DNA of 64,000 nucleotides from Candidatus Shapirobacteria bacterium. Lineage in GTDB: Bacteria > Patescibacteriota > Microgenomatia > UBA12405. The DNA lies in assembly GCA_030698565.1 (NCBI GenBank), contig JAUYJS010000008.1:289275-353274 (forward strand), written 5' to 3'. How positions within the stretch are numbered: position 1 is the first letter of the stretch; every line of letters starts with the position of its first letter. The position numbers and the translations under genes were made by a program. The notes under the pieces are model-generated. The model was not told where the DNA came from. It ran no database searches and worked only from the letters and a program-made list of their open reading frames with translations. Of this stretch, positions 1-9,592 are shown piece after piece.

Positions 1-101
1 AACTATTATCTGGTTTATATCAAGAGGAATAGTCTTTCCTGTACCTTTAATAAATTTGGCTAAATCAGCCTTTGATTTAGTATTTTTTATACACTAACAA
101 C

Positions 102-2216
102 ATGTTTGCCGATCTTAAATTTATTATATTTTGGTGGCTAAACATTTTCTTTTTAAGTACATTATCTTGGCCATTCGTATTCACATTTTTCAATAAACTT
201 TGGGACAAAGGCTATGTTTTTAGCAAAATTATATCCATTTCTATCTTAACTTACGTTTTATTTGTTTTTGGAATTTTAAAAGTCCTGCCTTTTACCACCT
301 CATCTATCTGCTTACTTATATTTGCCTTTATTATTTTTGACTTTTGGCTTCTCAAGAAACAAGGATTTGAAAAATTTTTATCAATTTTAAAACAAAAATA
401 TCCGGTTTTTATTTTCGAAGAAATATTATTTTTATTGATTTTAGTAGCTTGGTCGTTTGTCAGGGGATTTGCACCCGACATTGAAGGTTTGGAAAAATTT
501 ATGGACTGGGGATTTGTTAACTCTATACTTCGAAGTACTTACATGCCGCCAATCGATATATGGTTTGCTGGGCAACCAATTAATTATTATTATTTTGGTC
601 AACTAATATTCGCTTTTATTACCAAAATGTCCGGTATTTCTTCTGCTATTACTTACAATCTTTCTATTGCCACAGTTTGCGCCTTAACTTTTGTCAGCTC
701 GTTTTCTATTTCATCAAATTTAGTTTACTTAACTTTAAAAAAGATCAATTGGCGTTTTGTCCTAACAGCTGGTCTAGTCTCGTCTTTATTATTAACCTTT
801 GGTGGCAATCTTCATCCTTTATATAAGATATCCAAAATAAATTACCAGCAAAACAATAATCATTTTGATTTGAATTATTCTGCCATCAACAAGGCTATTG
901 AGTCTTACTGGTATCCCGATGCTACCAGATTTATTGGTTTTGATCCCGATATCAAAGACAAAACTATCCATGAATTCCCAGTTTACAGTTTTGTTGTTGC
1001 CGATCTTCATGGCCACATGAACGATATTCCTATTGTTCTTTTGTTTATCGCCTTTATTTTTACTTGGGGTTTGGGATTAAAAAATAAAAATAATAAAAAT
1101 TTCTATTGGGATTTAATTATTCCATCGGCATTTATTTTCAGTCTAAATTTTATGACGAACGCCTGGGATTTTGCCGTCTACGGAATTCTATTTGCTGTTT
1201 TCCTTTTTCTGTCATTACTTAAGGAAAACAATTTAACCGTAGCTTTTTCCAAAACAGTTTTCAATGGAGCCTTAACTATTATTTTATGGTATTTATTTAC
1301 CTTACCTTTTTCTTTAAATTTTGTTCCCATGGCTCAAGGTATTCGTCTATCCGATAGTCATTCACCCTTTTATCAGCTCTTTATTTTATATGGCGGTTTC
1401 TGGTTAATCTGTTTACCTTTTGTACTTTATATAATTTATACAGTTTTTCAAAAAAATAAATCAAAAAAAACAGCCATTACTGGCTCTGATATTTTAGTTA
1501 TTTCTCTGGTCATAACCGCTACTCTTTTAGTTATTTTTCCCGAATTATTTTATATAAAAGATATTTATATTTACGAACATCGCCGTGCCAACACTATGTT
1601 TAAATTAGTCTACGAAGCTTTTATTATGTATTCTTTAGTTTCTGGGTATATTCTCATTAGATTAGCCAAGTCATCCTTTTATAAATTAATTTTTGTAGTT
1701 GTTTTAGCCATTCATCTTTCTTATCCATATTTTGCTATTAAATCTTATTACGGACTAAAAGATTACAAAGGCTTGTGGGGTCTAAATTTTCTCAAAACAA
1801 CTTACCCCGATAATTTAAAGGCGATTGAATGGATCAATGAAAATATAAAAGGTCAGCCAGTTATATTAGAAGCAGCTGGTGATAGTTATACAACTTTTAA
1901 CCAAGTTTCTTCTGCTACCGGATTACCGACTGTACAAGGATGGATTGTCCACGAATGGTTGTGGCGGGGAAGTTATGATTTGCCAGCTGCTCGCCAAACC
2001 GATGTCCAAAAAGTTTATAATTTATTAAGTCAAAAGAATCCTAAAAAACCAGAAATAGATGAAGCAATTTCTATTTTACAAAAATATAATGTTAAATATA
2101 TTTTTGTTGGAGACAAAGAATATGAAAAGTTCCCCGATATACAGCAAAACAATTTTTTTTTAATAAATAGCAAATTAGTTGTAGCTTTTGGTAAAACAAA
2201 AATTTATAGTTTTTAA
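102..2216 (+). CDS. DUF2298 / 'YYY' polytopic membrane protein (GT-C-like)
   Basis: Many TM segments; motifs EKFMD, PP.D.WFAG.PINYYYFG, TIHEFP.YSF...DLH.H, GLPTV.GW..HE..WR are typical of DUF2298. Confidence 0.8.
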   Translation: MFADLKFIIFWWLNIFFLSTLSWPFVFTFFNKLWDKGYVFSKIISISILTYVLFVFGILKVLPFTTSSICLLIFAFIIFDFWLLKKQGFEKFLSILKQKYPVFIFEEILFLLILVAWSFVRGFAPDIEGLEKFMDWGFVNSILRSTYMPPIDIWFAGQPINYYYFGQLIFAFITKMSGISSAITYNLSIATVCALTFVSSFSISSNLVYLTLKKINWRFVLTAGLVSSLLLTFGGNLHPLYKISKINYQQNNNHFDLNYSAINKAIESYWYPDATRFIGFDPDIKDKTIHEFPVYSFVVADLHGHMNDIPIVLLFIAFIFTWGLGLKNKNNKNFYWDLIIPSAFIFSLNFMTNAWDFAVYGILFAVFLFLSLLKENNLTVAFSKTVFNGALTIILWYLFTLPFSLNFVPMAQGIRLSDSHSPFYQLFILYGGFWLICLPFVLYIIYTVFQKNKSKKTAITGSDILVISLVITATLLVIFPELFYIKDIYIYEHRRANTMFKLVYEAFIMYSLVSGYILIRLAKSSFYKLIFVVVLAIHLSYPYFAIKSYYGLKDYKGLWGLNFLKTTYPDNLKAIEWINENIKGQPVILEAAGDSYTTFNQVSSATGLPTVQGWIVHEWLWRGSYDLPAARQTDVQKVYNLLSQKNPKKPEIDEAISILQKYNVKYIFVGDKEYEKFPDIQQNNFFLINSKLVVAFGKTKIYSF

Positions 2217-2230
2217 TATTTAATTTACTC

Positions 2231-4135
2231 ATGAACGACATCCTCAATGGACTTAATCCCAAACAAAAAGAAGCCGTCACTCACATAGGCACTCCCCTTT
2301 TACTTTTAGCCGGAGCCGGTTCGGGCAAAACTCGGGTATTAACTCACCGGGCAGCCTATTTCATTAAAAACGGATTAGCCAAATCGGGAGAAGTTTTACT
2401 TTTAACTTTTACCAACAAGGCCGCCAGCGAAATGAAAGACAGGATGGAAAAACTTTTGGATCAAAAAATAACCAAAAACGACAAGAATAATCAAAACATA
2501 TTTGCGGGTACTTTTCATTCTTTTTGCTGCAAAACATTGAGAACCGATGGTGGATTTTTAGATATTCCTTCTAATTTTTCTATTTACGATACTGATGATC
2601 AGGAAAATTTAATCAAAATAATTTTACATGAAATGGATTTAACTCCAAAAGAATTTAAGCCAAGTAGTGTTCTTTATTTTATTGAAGCCGCCAAAAATAG
2701 TTTCCAAACACCCAAAGAGATGGAACCTCAAAGTAGCGGTTTTTGGCAATCAACTGCTGTCAAAATTTATCACCGCTATGAACAAAAAATAAAAGAATTT
2801 CATTCGTTAGATTTTAATGATCTTTTGTTTAAAACCGTCGAGCTTTTTATTAAAGAACCAGCCGTCTTGGAAAAATATCAGGAAATCTACAAACATATTC
2901 TTATTGATGAATATCAGGACACCAATCAAATTCAATACCTTTTAACCAAACTTTTAGCTAAAAAATACCAACAAATTACTGCTGTCGGCGATGCCTCTCA
3001 GGCAATTTATGGTTGGCGTGGGGCTGACTTTCGCAACCTAATTAGTTTTACCAAGGATTTTAATGGCTCTAAAACCATAAATTTAGAGGAAAATTATCGT
3101 TCCACTCAAATAATTTTAGATGCCGCCAACGCCGTTATTTCCAAAAATAATTCACATCCGGTTTTAAAGCTTTTTACAAAAAAAATGTCAACAGACAAAA
3201 TCATAATAATGGAAGCCGAATCGGAAGTAGCCGAGGCGGATTTTGTAGCCGAAAAAATTAAATTTATTTACGATAATTTAAAGGTTCCTCTTAAAAATAT
3301 TGCTATCCTTTATCGCATGAATGCCCAATCCCGTGCGCTGGAAGAAGCCATGTTGCGCCAGGGAATTCCATATGTTCTACTGGGCGGCACCAGATTTTAT
3401 GAGCGGGCGGAAATCAAAGATATTTTGGCCATGCTCCGCTTTACCAACGACCAGGCCGACAAGATTTCCGAAGATAGGGTCGAAAAAGCTTTGGGTAAAA
3501 GAAAAAAAGTCACTTTTGATAATTTGATAACTACCTTAAACATCAAAGAATTAAGCTCGTTAGAAATTTTGGAATCAATAGTTGTTGATTCTGGATATTT
3601 AGACAAGTACGACCCCAAAGACGAAGAAGATCAAAAGCGAATCGAAAACATTAAAGAACTAAAATCAGTCGCCGCCTCGCATCCGGATTTAATTGAGTTT
3701 TTGGAAAACATAACTCTAGTTCAGCACGAATATTCTCTCCAGGAGAAAAATAAAAAGAAAGAAAACAAAGAAGGTGTCAGATTAATGACTCTTCATGGTT
3801 CCAAAGGCCTAGAATTTGACGCGGTCTTTTTGGTGGGTTTTGAAGAAGGAATTTTGCCCCATTCTCGGTGTTTTGTAAATGAATCCGAAGTCGAAGAAGA
3901 AAGAAGATTGTGTTATGTTGGTATCACCCGAGCCAGGGATTTACTTTATATTACCTATGCCAGTCGTCGTCTTTATTTTGGCAAAAGTAGTCTCAATGAA
4001 CCAAGTCGATTTTTAGTCGAAATACCCGCCCAATTGGTTGAATACGAAGAATATAAAAGTAGTGTTCGGGATTATCGCCATAAACCCAAAAACAACGAAG
4101 CGGATGATTTTATATATGATGCTGATATATACTAA
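2231..4135 (+). CDS. pcrA: ATP-dependent DNA helicase UvrD/PcrA
   Basis: AGAGSGKT, DEYQDTN, VGD..QAIYGWRGA, NYRST, MTLH.SKGLEF, EEERRLCYVGITRA. Confidence 0.93.
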   Translation: MNDILNGLNPKQKEAVTHIGTPLLLLAGAGSGKTRVLTHRAAYFIKNGLAKSGEVLLLTFTNKAASEMKDRMEKLLDQKITKNDKNNQNIFAGTFHSFCCKTLRTDGGFLDIPSNFSIYDTDDQENLIKIILHEMDLTPKEFKPSSVLYFIEAAKNSFQTPKEMEPQSSGFWQSTAVKIYHRYEQKIKEFHSLDFNDLLFKTVELFIKEPAVLEKYQEIYKHILIDEYQDTNQIQYLLTKLLAKKYQQITAVGDASQAIYGWRGADFRNLISFTKDFNGSKTINLEENYRSTQIILDAANAVISKNNSHPVLKLFTKKMSTDKIIIMEAESEVAEADFVAEKIKFIYDNLKVPLKNIAILYRMNAQSRALEEAMLRQGIPYVLLGGTRFYERAEIKDILAMLRFTNDQADKISEDRVEKALGKRKKVTFDNLITTLNIKELSSLEILESIVVDSGYLDKYDPKDEEDQKRIENIKELKSVAASHPDLIEFLENITLVQHEYSLQEKNKKKENKEGVRLMTLHGSKGLEFDAVFLVGFEEGILPHSRCFVNESEVEEERRLCYVGITRARDLLYITYASRRLYFGKSSLNEPSRFLVEIPAQLVEYEEYKSSVRDYRHKPKNNEADDFIYDADIY

Positions 4136-4139
4136 GTGA

Positions 4140-5180
4140 ATGATTACCCGTATTCTCGATAAAAAAGAGAAAGCTATTTATAATTCAGCCATAAAACACC
4201 CCATCCAAACTTGGGAATGGGGCGATTTTCAAATTTCCCAGGGCCATCAAATTTATCGTCTAGGTGTTTTTGATGATAAAAAAATAAAGTCAGCATACAG
4301 CGTAAGTTTTCATAAAATCCCCAAAACTAATTATTCGATTGGTACTATTCTTCGCGGTCCATCGGTCGATATCGATATGATTGAAAGTATCAAAAAAATT
4401 GCTAATGATCAAAAAGCAGTTTTTGTAAAATTTGAACCGGATGTATATCAAAAAACATATGATGAATTTAAAAACCCCACACTTTTGCAGACAGACATGC
4501 AGTTTCCCAAAATGGTAGTTTCTCCTAAGGTTGCTTTTTATCCATTCTCATACATTGTTAATTTAAATAAAACCGAAGAGGAGTTACTTTCTGCCATGCA
4601 CTCAAAGACTCGTTACAATATCAAAATCGCCAATCGTTATGGAGTTAAAGTTGAGGAAAGAACCGATGACGAAGGTTTTGAAATTTATCTTAAATTGATT
4701 TTTGATACAACCAAGCGCCAAGGTTTTTATCTTCATACCCCAAAGTATCATCGAGATTTATGGAAAACTCTAAAAAATACCGGCATGGTTCATATTATTT
4801 TAGCCTCTTACCAAAATCAAGTTATCTCCGCTTTTATGTTGTTTACTCTAAATGGCAAACTTTTTTATCCTTATGGTGCGTCATTAGATGTTTATCGCGA
4901 AGTCATGGCCCCTACACTTTTAATGTGGGAATCAATCAAATTTGGCAAAAGTCATGACTGTCACACTTTTGATATGTGGGGTTCTCTCGGACCTGATGCC
5001 AAAGAAGGGGATCCAGGCTTCGGTTTCCATCGGTTTAAACAAGGTTACGGTGGTCAAATGGTTCAATTTGTCGGTACTTATGATTTGGTCATCAATGAAT
5101 CCTTATACAAAATTTACAACACAGCCGATAAATATCGCTGGCAACTCTTGCGTCTCAAAGCCAAATTACTCCGAAGATAA
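4140..5180 (+). CDS. FemAB/FemX-family peptidoglycan interpeptide bridge aminoacyltransferase
   Basis: HP.QT.EWG.F, KTRYNI..A...GV, FDMWG, GF.RFKQGYGG. Confidence 0.88.
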   Translation: MITRILDKKEKAIYNSAIKHPIQTWEWGDFQISQGHQIYRLGVFDDKKIKSAYSVSFHKIPKTNYSIGTILRGPSVDIDMIESIKKIANDQKAVFVKFEPDVYQKTYDEFKNPTLLQTDMQFPKMVVSPKVAFYPFSYIVNLNKTEEELLSAMHSKTRYNIKIANRYGVKVEERTDDEGFEIYLKLIFDTTKRQGFYLHTPKYHRDLWKTLKNTGMVHIILASYQNQVISAFMLFTLNGKLFYPYGASLDVYREVMAPTLLMWESIKFGKSHDCHTFDMWGSLGPDAKEGDPGFGFHRFKQGYGGQMVQFVGTYDLVINESLYKIYNTADKYRWQLLRLKAKLLRR

Positions 5181-5206
5181 ATTAAAAAATACATTAAAAT
5201 ATACCC

Positions 5207-5512
5207 ATGTCAAACAATGGAAAAATTACTTTAGAAGAACTGCAGCACATTGCCCAGCTTTCTCGTCTAGAAGTGAACGGTGAAGAAGAACAAAAACTAG
5301 CTGATCAACTTTCCCAAACAGCCGAATATATTGATGTTTTAAATGAATTAAATACCGACGATGTTTTGCCCACTGCCCAAGTAAATCAAAATAAAAGTAT
5401 TTTTCGAGAAGACGTAATTAATCCTTCGTTTACCCAAAAAGAAGCCTTGTCTCAAGCCATCGACACTTACGACGGTTATTTTAAAACCAAAGCTACTATC
5501 AATAAAAAATAA
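5207..5512 (+). CDS. gatC: Asp/Glu-tRNA amidotransferase subunit C
   Basis: HIAQLSRL...FREDV...GYFK; directly precedes gatA/gatB. Confidence 0.92.
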   Translation: MSNNGKITLEELQHIAQLSRLEVNGEEEQKLADQLSQTAEYIDVLNELNTDDVLPTAQVNQNKSIFREDVINPSFTQKEALSQAIDTYDGYFKTKATINKK

Positions 5513-5513
5513 T

Positions 5514-6950
5514 ATGTCAGACCTAAACAAATTAACATTAACTCAAGCCATAGATGGTATTAAAACTAAAAAATTTTCTGCCAAAGAATTAGTTTCCGAT
5601 TGTCTAACTCAAATTCAAAAGCTCGAACCAACTTTAAATTCTTTTGTTACTTTAAATGAAAATGCCCTCAACGAATCTGAAAATATTAATTTTTCAAAAC
5701 CCTTAGCTGGTATTCCAATTGCTGTTAAGGATAACTTTTGTACTCAAGATTTGCGAACCACAGCCTCTTCAAAATTATTAGAAAATTTTATTCCCCAGTA
5801 TTCTGCCTATGTTGTGGAAAAATTAAAAGATGCTGGCGCCATTATTATTGGCAAAACCAACATGGACTCCTGGGCTCATGGTTCTTCCACTGAAACTTCT
5901 GATTTTGGACCAAGCAAAAATCCTTGGAACCCCAAACATTTACCTGGTGGATCTTCGGGCGGATCAGCCGCAACCATGGCTGCCGACGAGGCCATCGTCT
6001 CCATTGGTTCTGAAACTGCCGGCTCAATTCGTCAGCCTTCTGCTTGGTGTGGTGTTGTTGGTCTAAAACCAACTTATGGTCGGGTTAGTCGTTGTGGAGT
6101 TGTTGCCATGGGTTCATCAATGGATTCTCCTGGCCCTATTGCTAAAACCGTCGACGACGCCGCTCTAATTCTATCTTTAATTTCTGGCCACGATCCAGCA
6201 GACGCTACTAGTTTAAATAAAAAACCTTGGCAAATACCCGAAGCTTTAACATCACTAAAAGGCCTAAAAATAGGTTTACCCAAAGCTTATTTTCCAAAAA
6301 AAATTAAGCCAGAAGTCAAACAATCAATTTTAAATGCTGCTGAAAAATTGAAGGAATTGGGCGCCGAAATAATTGAATTGGACGTAATGGATCCAAAATA
6401 CGCCATTGCCGTTTATACTATTTTGCAGCGTTCCGAAGTGTCTTCAAATTTAGGCCGATATACCGGCATTCGTTATGGTCATGACCGCACTTTTTTTGGT
6501 GACGAAGCCAAACGGCGCATTATGCTGGGCACCTACGCTCTTTCCAGTGGTTACTATGATGCTTATTATCTCAAAGCCCAAAAAGTCAGAACATTAATTA
6601 TTCAAGATTTTGAAAAACAATTTCAAAAAGTTGATGCTATTATTGGCCCGACTTCTCCTACAACTGCACTCCCTATTGGTGCTTCGGCCGGCCAAGCCAT
6701 GTTCGGTGAACTCGAGGACATATTGGTTGAACCATCAACCTTAGCTGGTTTACCCGGAATTTCCGTCCCTTGCGGTTTTGCAGATGGATTACCAATTGGT
6801 CTCCAAATAATTACTCCGCAACTTAGGGAAGATTTGTCGGTCAACATCGCCAGGCTTTTTGAATCCAACACTGATTATCATTTGCAAAAACCAAATTTAA
6901 ATTGTCATCCTGAGCAGAGCGAAGGATCTAGGCCGGAGGCCGTAAAATAA
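5514..6950 (+). CDS. gatA: Asp/Glu-tRNA amidotransferase subunit A, with repeat-derived C-terminal tail
   Basis: Amidase signature GGSSGGSAA, GSETAGSIRQP, RRIMLGTYALSSGYYDAYY. Confidence 0.96.
   Translation: MSDLNKLTLTQAIDGIKTKKFSAKELVSDCLTQIQKLEPTLNSFVTLNENALNESENINFSKPLAGIPIAVKDNFCTQDLRTTASSKLLENFIPQYSAYVVEKLKDAGAIIIGKTNMDSWAHGSSTETSDFGPSKNPWNPKHLPGGSSGGSAATMAADEAIVSIGSETAGSIRQPSAWCGVVGLKPTYGRVSRCGVVAMGSSMDSPGPIAKTVDDAALILSLISGHDPADATSLNKKPWQIPEALTSLKGLKIGLPKAYFPKKIKPEVKQSILNAAEKLKELGAEIIELDVMDPKYAIAVYTILQRSEVSSNLGRYTGIRYGHDRTFFGDEAKRRIMLGTYALSSGYYDAYYLKAQKVRTLIIQDFEKQFQKVDAIIGPTSPTTALPIGASAGQAMFGELEDILVEPSTLAGLPGISVPCGFADGLPIGLQIITPQLREDLSVNIARLFESNTDYHLQKPNLNCHPEQSEGSRPEAVK
6903..6929 (+). 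repeat. REP-like element TGTCATCCTGAGCAGAGCGAAGGATCT inside the gatA 3' end
   Basis: Resembles the widespread 'TGTCATCCTGAGCG.AGCGAAGGATCT' repeat type (recognised from memory); ATCCT/AGGAT arms; encodes CHPEQSEGS after the usual GatA end. Confidence 0.65.
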
Positions 6951-6951
6951 T

Positions 6952-8433
6952 ATGAAAATTACACCCATAATCGGTCTCGAAGTTCATGTCGAATTAAAAA
7001 CAGATTCTAAAATGTTTTGTGGTTGTAACGCCGAGCATTTTCATGCAAAGCCCAATACCCACACTTGTCCTGTTTGTTTAGGTATGCCTGGTGCCCTGCC
7101 AGTTCCCAATAAAAAAGCGTGTCAGTGGTGTGTCAAATTAGGTTTGGCTTTGGGTTGTACTGTAAATGAATATTCTTTTTTTGAAAGAAAAAATTATTTT
7201 TATCCCGATTTATCCAAAAGTTATCAGATTACTCAGTATCAAAAACCTTTTACGGTCAACGGCAAAATAACTGTTCAAGGTCAAGAAATTCGAATTAATC
7301 GGGCCCACATGGAAGAGGACACAGGCAAATCTGTTCACATGGTTATTAACGGCGAAGAATCTACTCTTTTAGATTTTAATCGTTCCGGTGTGCCATTAGT
7401 AGAAATTGTGTCTGAACCCGATATTGTTTTATCTATCCAAGCCAAAGAATATCTTTTAAAAATTCAACAACTTATCCGATATTTAGGCATTTCTAATGCT
7501 GACATCGAAAAAGGTAGTATGCGCTGTGAACCGACAGTCAACTTAAAAATTGAAGACAATGGCAAAACTTTTTATACACCCTTGTCTGAAATTAAAAATG
7601 TTGCTTCTTTGACCGGTGTCCAAAACGCCATTGATTTTGAAATCGAACGTCAAACCCAAGCTTTTAAGGAAACTAAGGAAGTCAAAAATTCCAAAAACAA
7701 AACTACTCGAGGTTGGGATGCCGACAAAGCCAGGACATTTTTACAAAGGGAAAAAGAAGGTTCGGCCGATTATCGCTATTTTCCCGAACCAGACATTCCA
7801 CCTATCGAATTCACACCTGCTGAAATTGAAGAAATTAGAATGACTTTGCCCGAAATGTCCGAACAAAAAATTGAAAAATATCAGACGATCTATGGACTCT
7901 CAGACTATGACGCCAAGCTTTTAGCCGAAGATCAAAATTTTGCCGCAGCGTATGAAGCGTTATTTGACACAGAATTTGTCAGTAAAGATCAAGACACTCT
8001 AAAAGTATTTGCCAAATTTGCCGCCAATTTATTTTTAGGATCTATCAAAACTTATCTCAACGAAACTCAGGAAAATATCGATTCATCAAAAATTGTAGCC
8101 AAATATTTTTGGGATTTGTTTAATTCAGTTCAGAATAAAGAATTATCCAGTAGCGTCGCCAAGCAAGTAACTACCGAATCATACAAGACCGGCAAACATC
8201 CGGTCGAAATTGCCAAAGAAATGGGATTAATTCAGGTTTCTGATTCTAACCAAATTGAAAAAATAGCCAAAGAGGTGGTTGTTGCTAATCCCAAAGCTGT
8301 CCAGGATTATCAAAAAAACCCAATGTCCATTGGTTTTTTGATCGGTCAATTAATGCGCGCTTCCGGTGGCTCCGCCAATCCCCAAGTAGCCAAGGAAATT
8401 TTGGAAAAATTATTGAAAAATCCAACACTATGA
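6952..8433 (+). CDS. gatB: Asp/Glu-tRNA amidotransferase subunit B
   Basis: IGLEVHVEL, CPVCLGMPGALP, RKNYFYPD, DYRYFPEPD. Confidence 0.97.
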   Translation: MKITPIIGLEVHVELKTDSKMFCGCNAEHFHAKPNTHTCPVCLGMPGALPVPNKKACQWCVKLGLALGCTVNEYSFFERKNYFYPDLSKSYQITQYQKPFTVNGKITVQGQEIRINRAHMEEDTGKSVHMVINGEESTLLDFNRSGVPLVEIVSEPDIVLSIQAKEYLLKIQQLIRYLGISNADIEKGSMRCEPTVNLKIEDNGKTFYTPLSEIKNVASLTGVQNAIDFEIERQTQAFKETKEVKNSKNKTTRGWDADKARTFLQREKEGSADYRYFPEPDIPPIEFTPAEIEEIRMTLPEMSEQKIEKYQTIYGLSDYDAKLLAEDQNFAAAYEALFDTEFVSKDQDTLKVFAKFAANLFLGSIKTYLNETQENIDSSKIVAKYFWDLFNSVQNKELSSSVAKQVTTESYKTGKHPVEIAKEMGLIQVSDSNQIEKIAKEVVVANPKAVQDYQKNPMSIGFLIGQLMRASGGSANPQVAKEILEKLLKNPTL

Positions 8434-8963
8434 GTGTTGAAACAAGAGATCTGGTTCCCAAAGAAGTCCCATTTTCATCAGAGGTGCTTCCTACTGTCGC
8501 TTTTTTAGAAGGAATCATTGATTGTGATGGGTCTACTAATTGGGAATGGTCCGGCGTTGCCGAAAATGAATCTGAAATTAGAATTACTCACTTAAATGAA
8601 TCAACAACATTCGATCTTACATTTAAAGACGGTCAAAAAGAATCTTGGGCCTTAGAAGAGGACTGTGAGGCGAATCGTATTAAATTTTACATAAAGGAGA
8701 TTACTGCAATATCTAGATTAGGTAGTAAAAAGAAAATTTCTAGAGATTATTTTATTGACAACGGTCCTGTACTTAATTTTTTCATTAAAAGAAATTTTCC
8801 TCTGTCACAACCTATTTTAGTTGATAATATTTATTCTTGGAGTAAGCAAGGAGAGGTCGAAATGGATCAAAATTTTATCAAGGAAATTGAACAATTAATT
8901 AAATTAAGAAAATTGGTTGTAAGTGCAGTAAATAACTCCACTCGTGTTTCACTGACGGATTAA
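8430..8963 (+). CDS. Hypothetical protein, probable distant paralogue of 9056-9547
   Basis: 177 aa ORF overlapping the gatB stop (ATGA); no recognised domain. Confidence 0.7.
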   Translation: MSVETRDLVPKEVPFSSEVLPTVAFLEGIIDCDGSTNWEWSGVAENESEIRITHLNESTTFDLTFKDGQKESWALEEDCEANRIKFYIKEITAISRLGSKKKISRDYFIDNGPVLNFFIKRNFPLSQPILVDNIYSWSKQGEVEMDQNFIKEIEQLIKLRKLVVSAVNNSTRVSLTD

Positions 8964-9019
8964 TAATTTTTGTTAATTGATTTTTTACGAAGTCTAATTC
9001 TAAATAAACAACAAACCCC

Positions 9020-9050
9020 TTGACACAATAGTATGATATCGTCATACTAT
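9020..9050 (+). promoter_or_regulatory. Sigma70 promoter (TTGACA 9020-9025, N17, CATACT 9043-9048) overlapped by operator-like inverted repeat ATAGTATGA-N5-TCATACTAT (9028-9050)
   Basis: Read directly; perfect 9-bp arms; ATG 7 nt after the -10. Confidence 0.7.
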
Positions 9051-9055
9051 GTAAT

Positions 9056-9547
9056 ATGTCAGCAACAATAGAATCAAGACAATCTTATCAACCAGAAGAA
9101 GACCGATCGCCAACAATAAAACCGATCAAAATATTTACTGGTCAAATACTACAAATGAGTCCAGGCGATGACGGACAATCTTGGAGATGGTCTCAAGAGG
9201 CGAATGAGGCCTATCAAATTCCTGGGATAACTTTAAAAGAATATGTGGATAATGGGTTAACTGTTACCGAAGTTAATATTACCCATCCTACAAAGATAGT
9301 GATCAACGAAACTTGGATAATACAAAACGGTTCAGATGGTGCGAGTGCTACGCTAAAAGAATTTAATAAGAATCCTGACAAACCTTTTATAACAATTTGT
9401 GGTATTCCAGTTCTTTGGAGTAACAGTGAGTACTTCCCCGCCGCTAAAGGATCAGAAATTATTGAAAATTTGAGTAGTGTTATCTTGCCTGACCAAAATT
9501 TACATATTGCTGGAATTAATGAGATTGTGACACGGAGAGTTAACTAA
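9056..9547 (+). CDS. Hypothetical protein, probable distant paralogue of 8430-8963
   Basis: 163 aa ORF with its own promoter. Confidence 0.72.
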   Translation: MSATIESRQSYQPEEDRSPTIKPIKIFTGQILQMSPGDDGQSWRWSQEANEAYQIPGITLKEYVDNGLTVTEVNITHPTKIVINETWIIQNGSDGASATLKEFNKNPDKPFITICGIPVLWSNSEYFPAAKGSEIIENLSSVILPDQNLHIAGINEIVTRRVN

Positions 9548-9592
9548 CTTCAATAAAGACTTTTTTTTCTATCAAATTGCTAAAATATAGTG

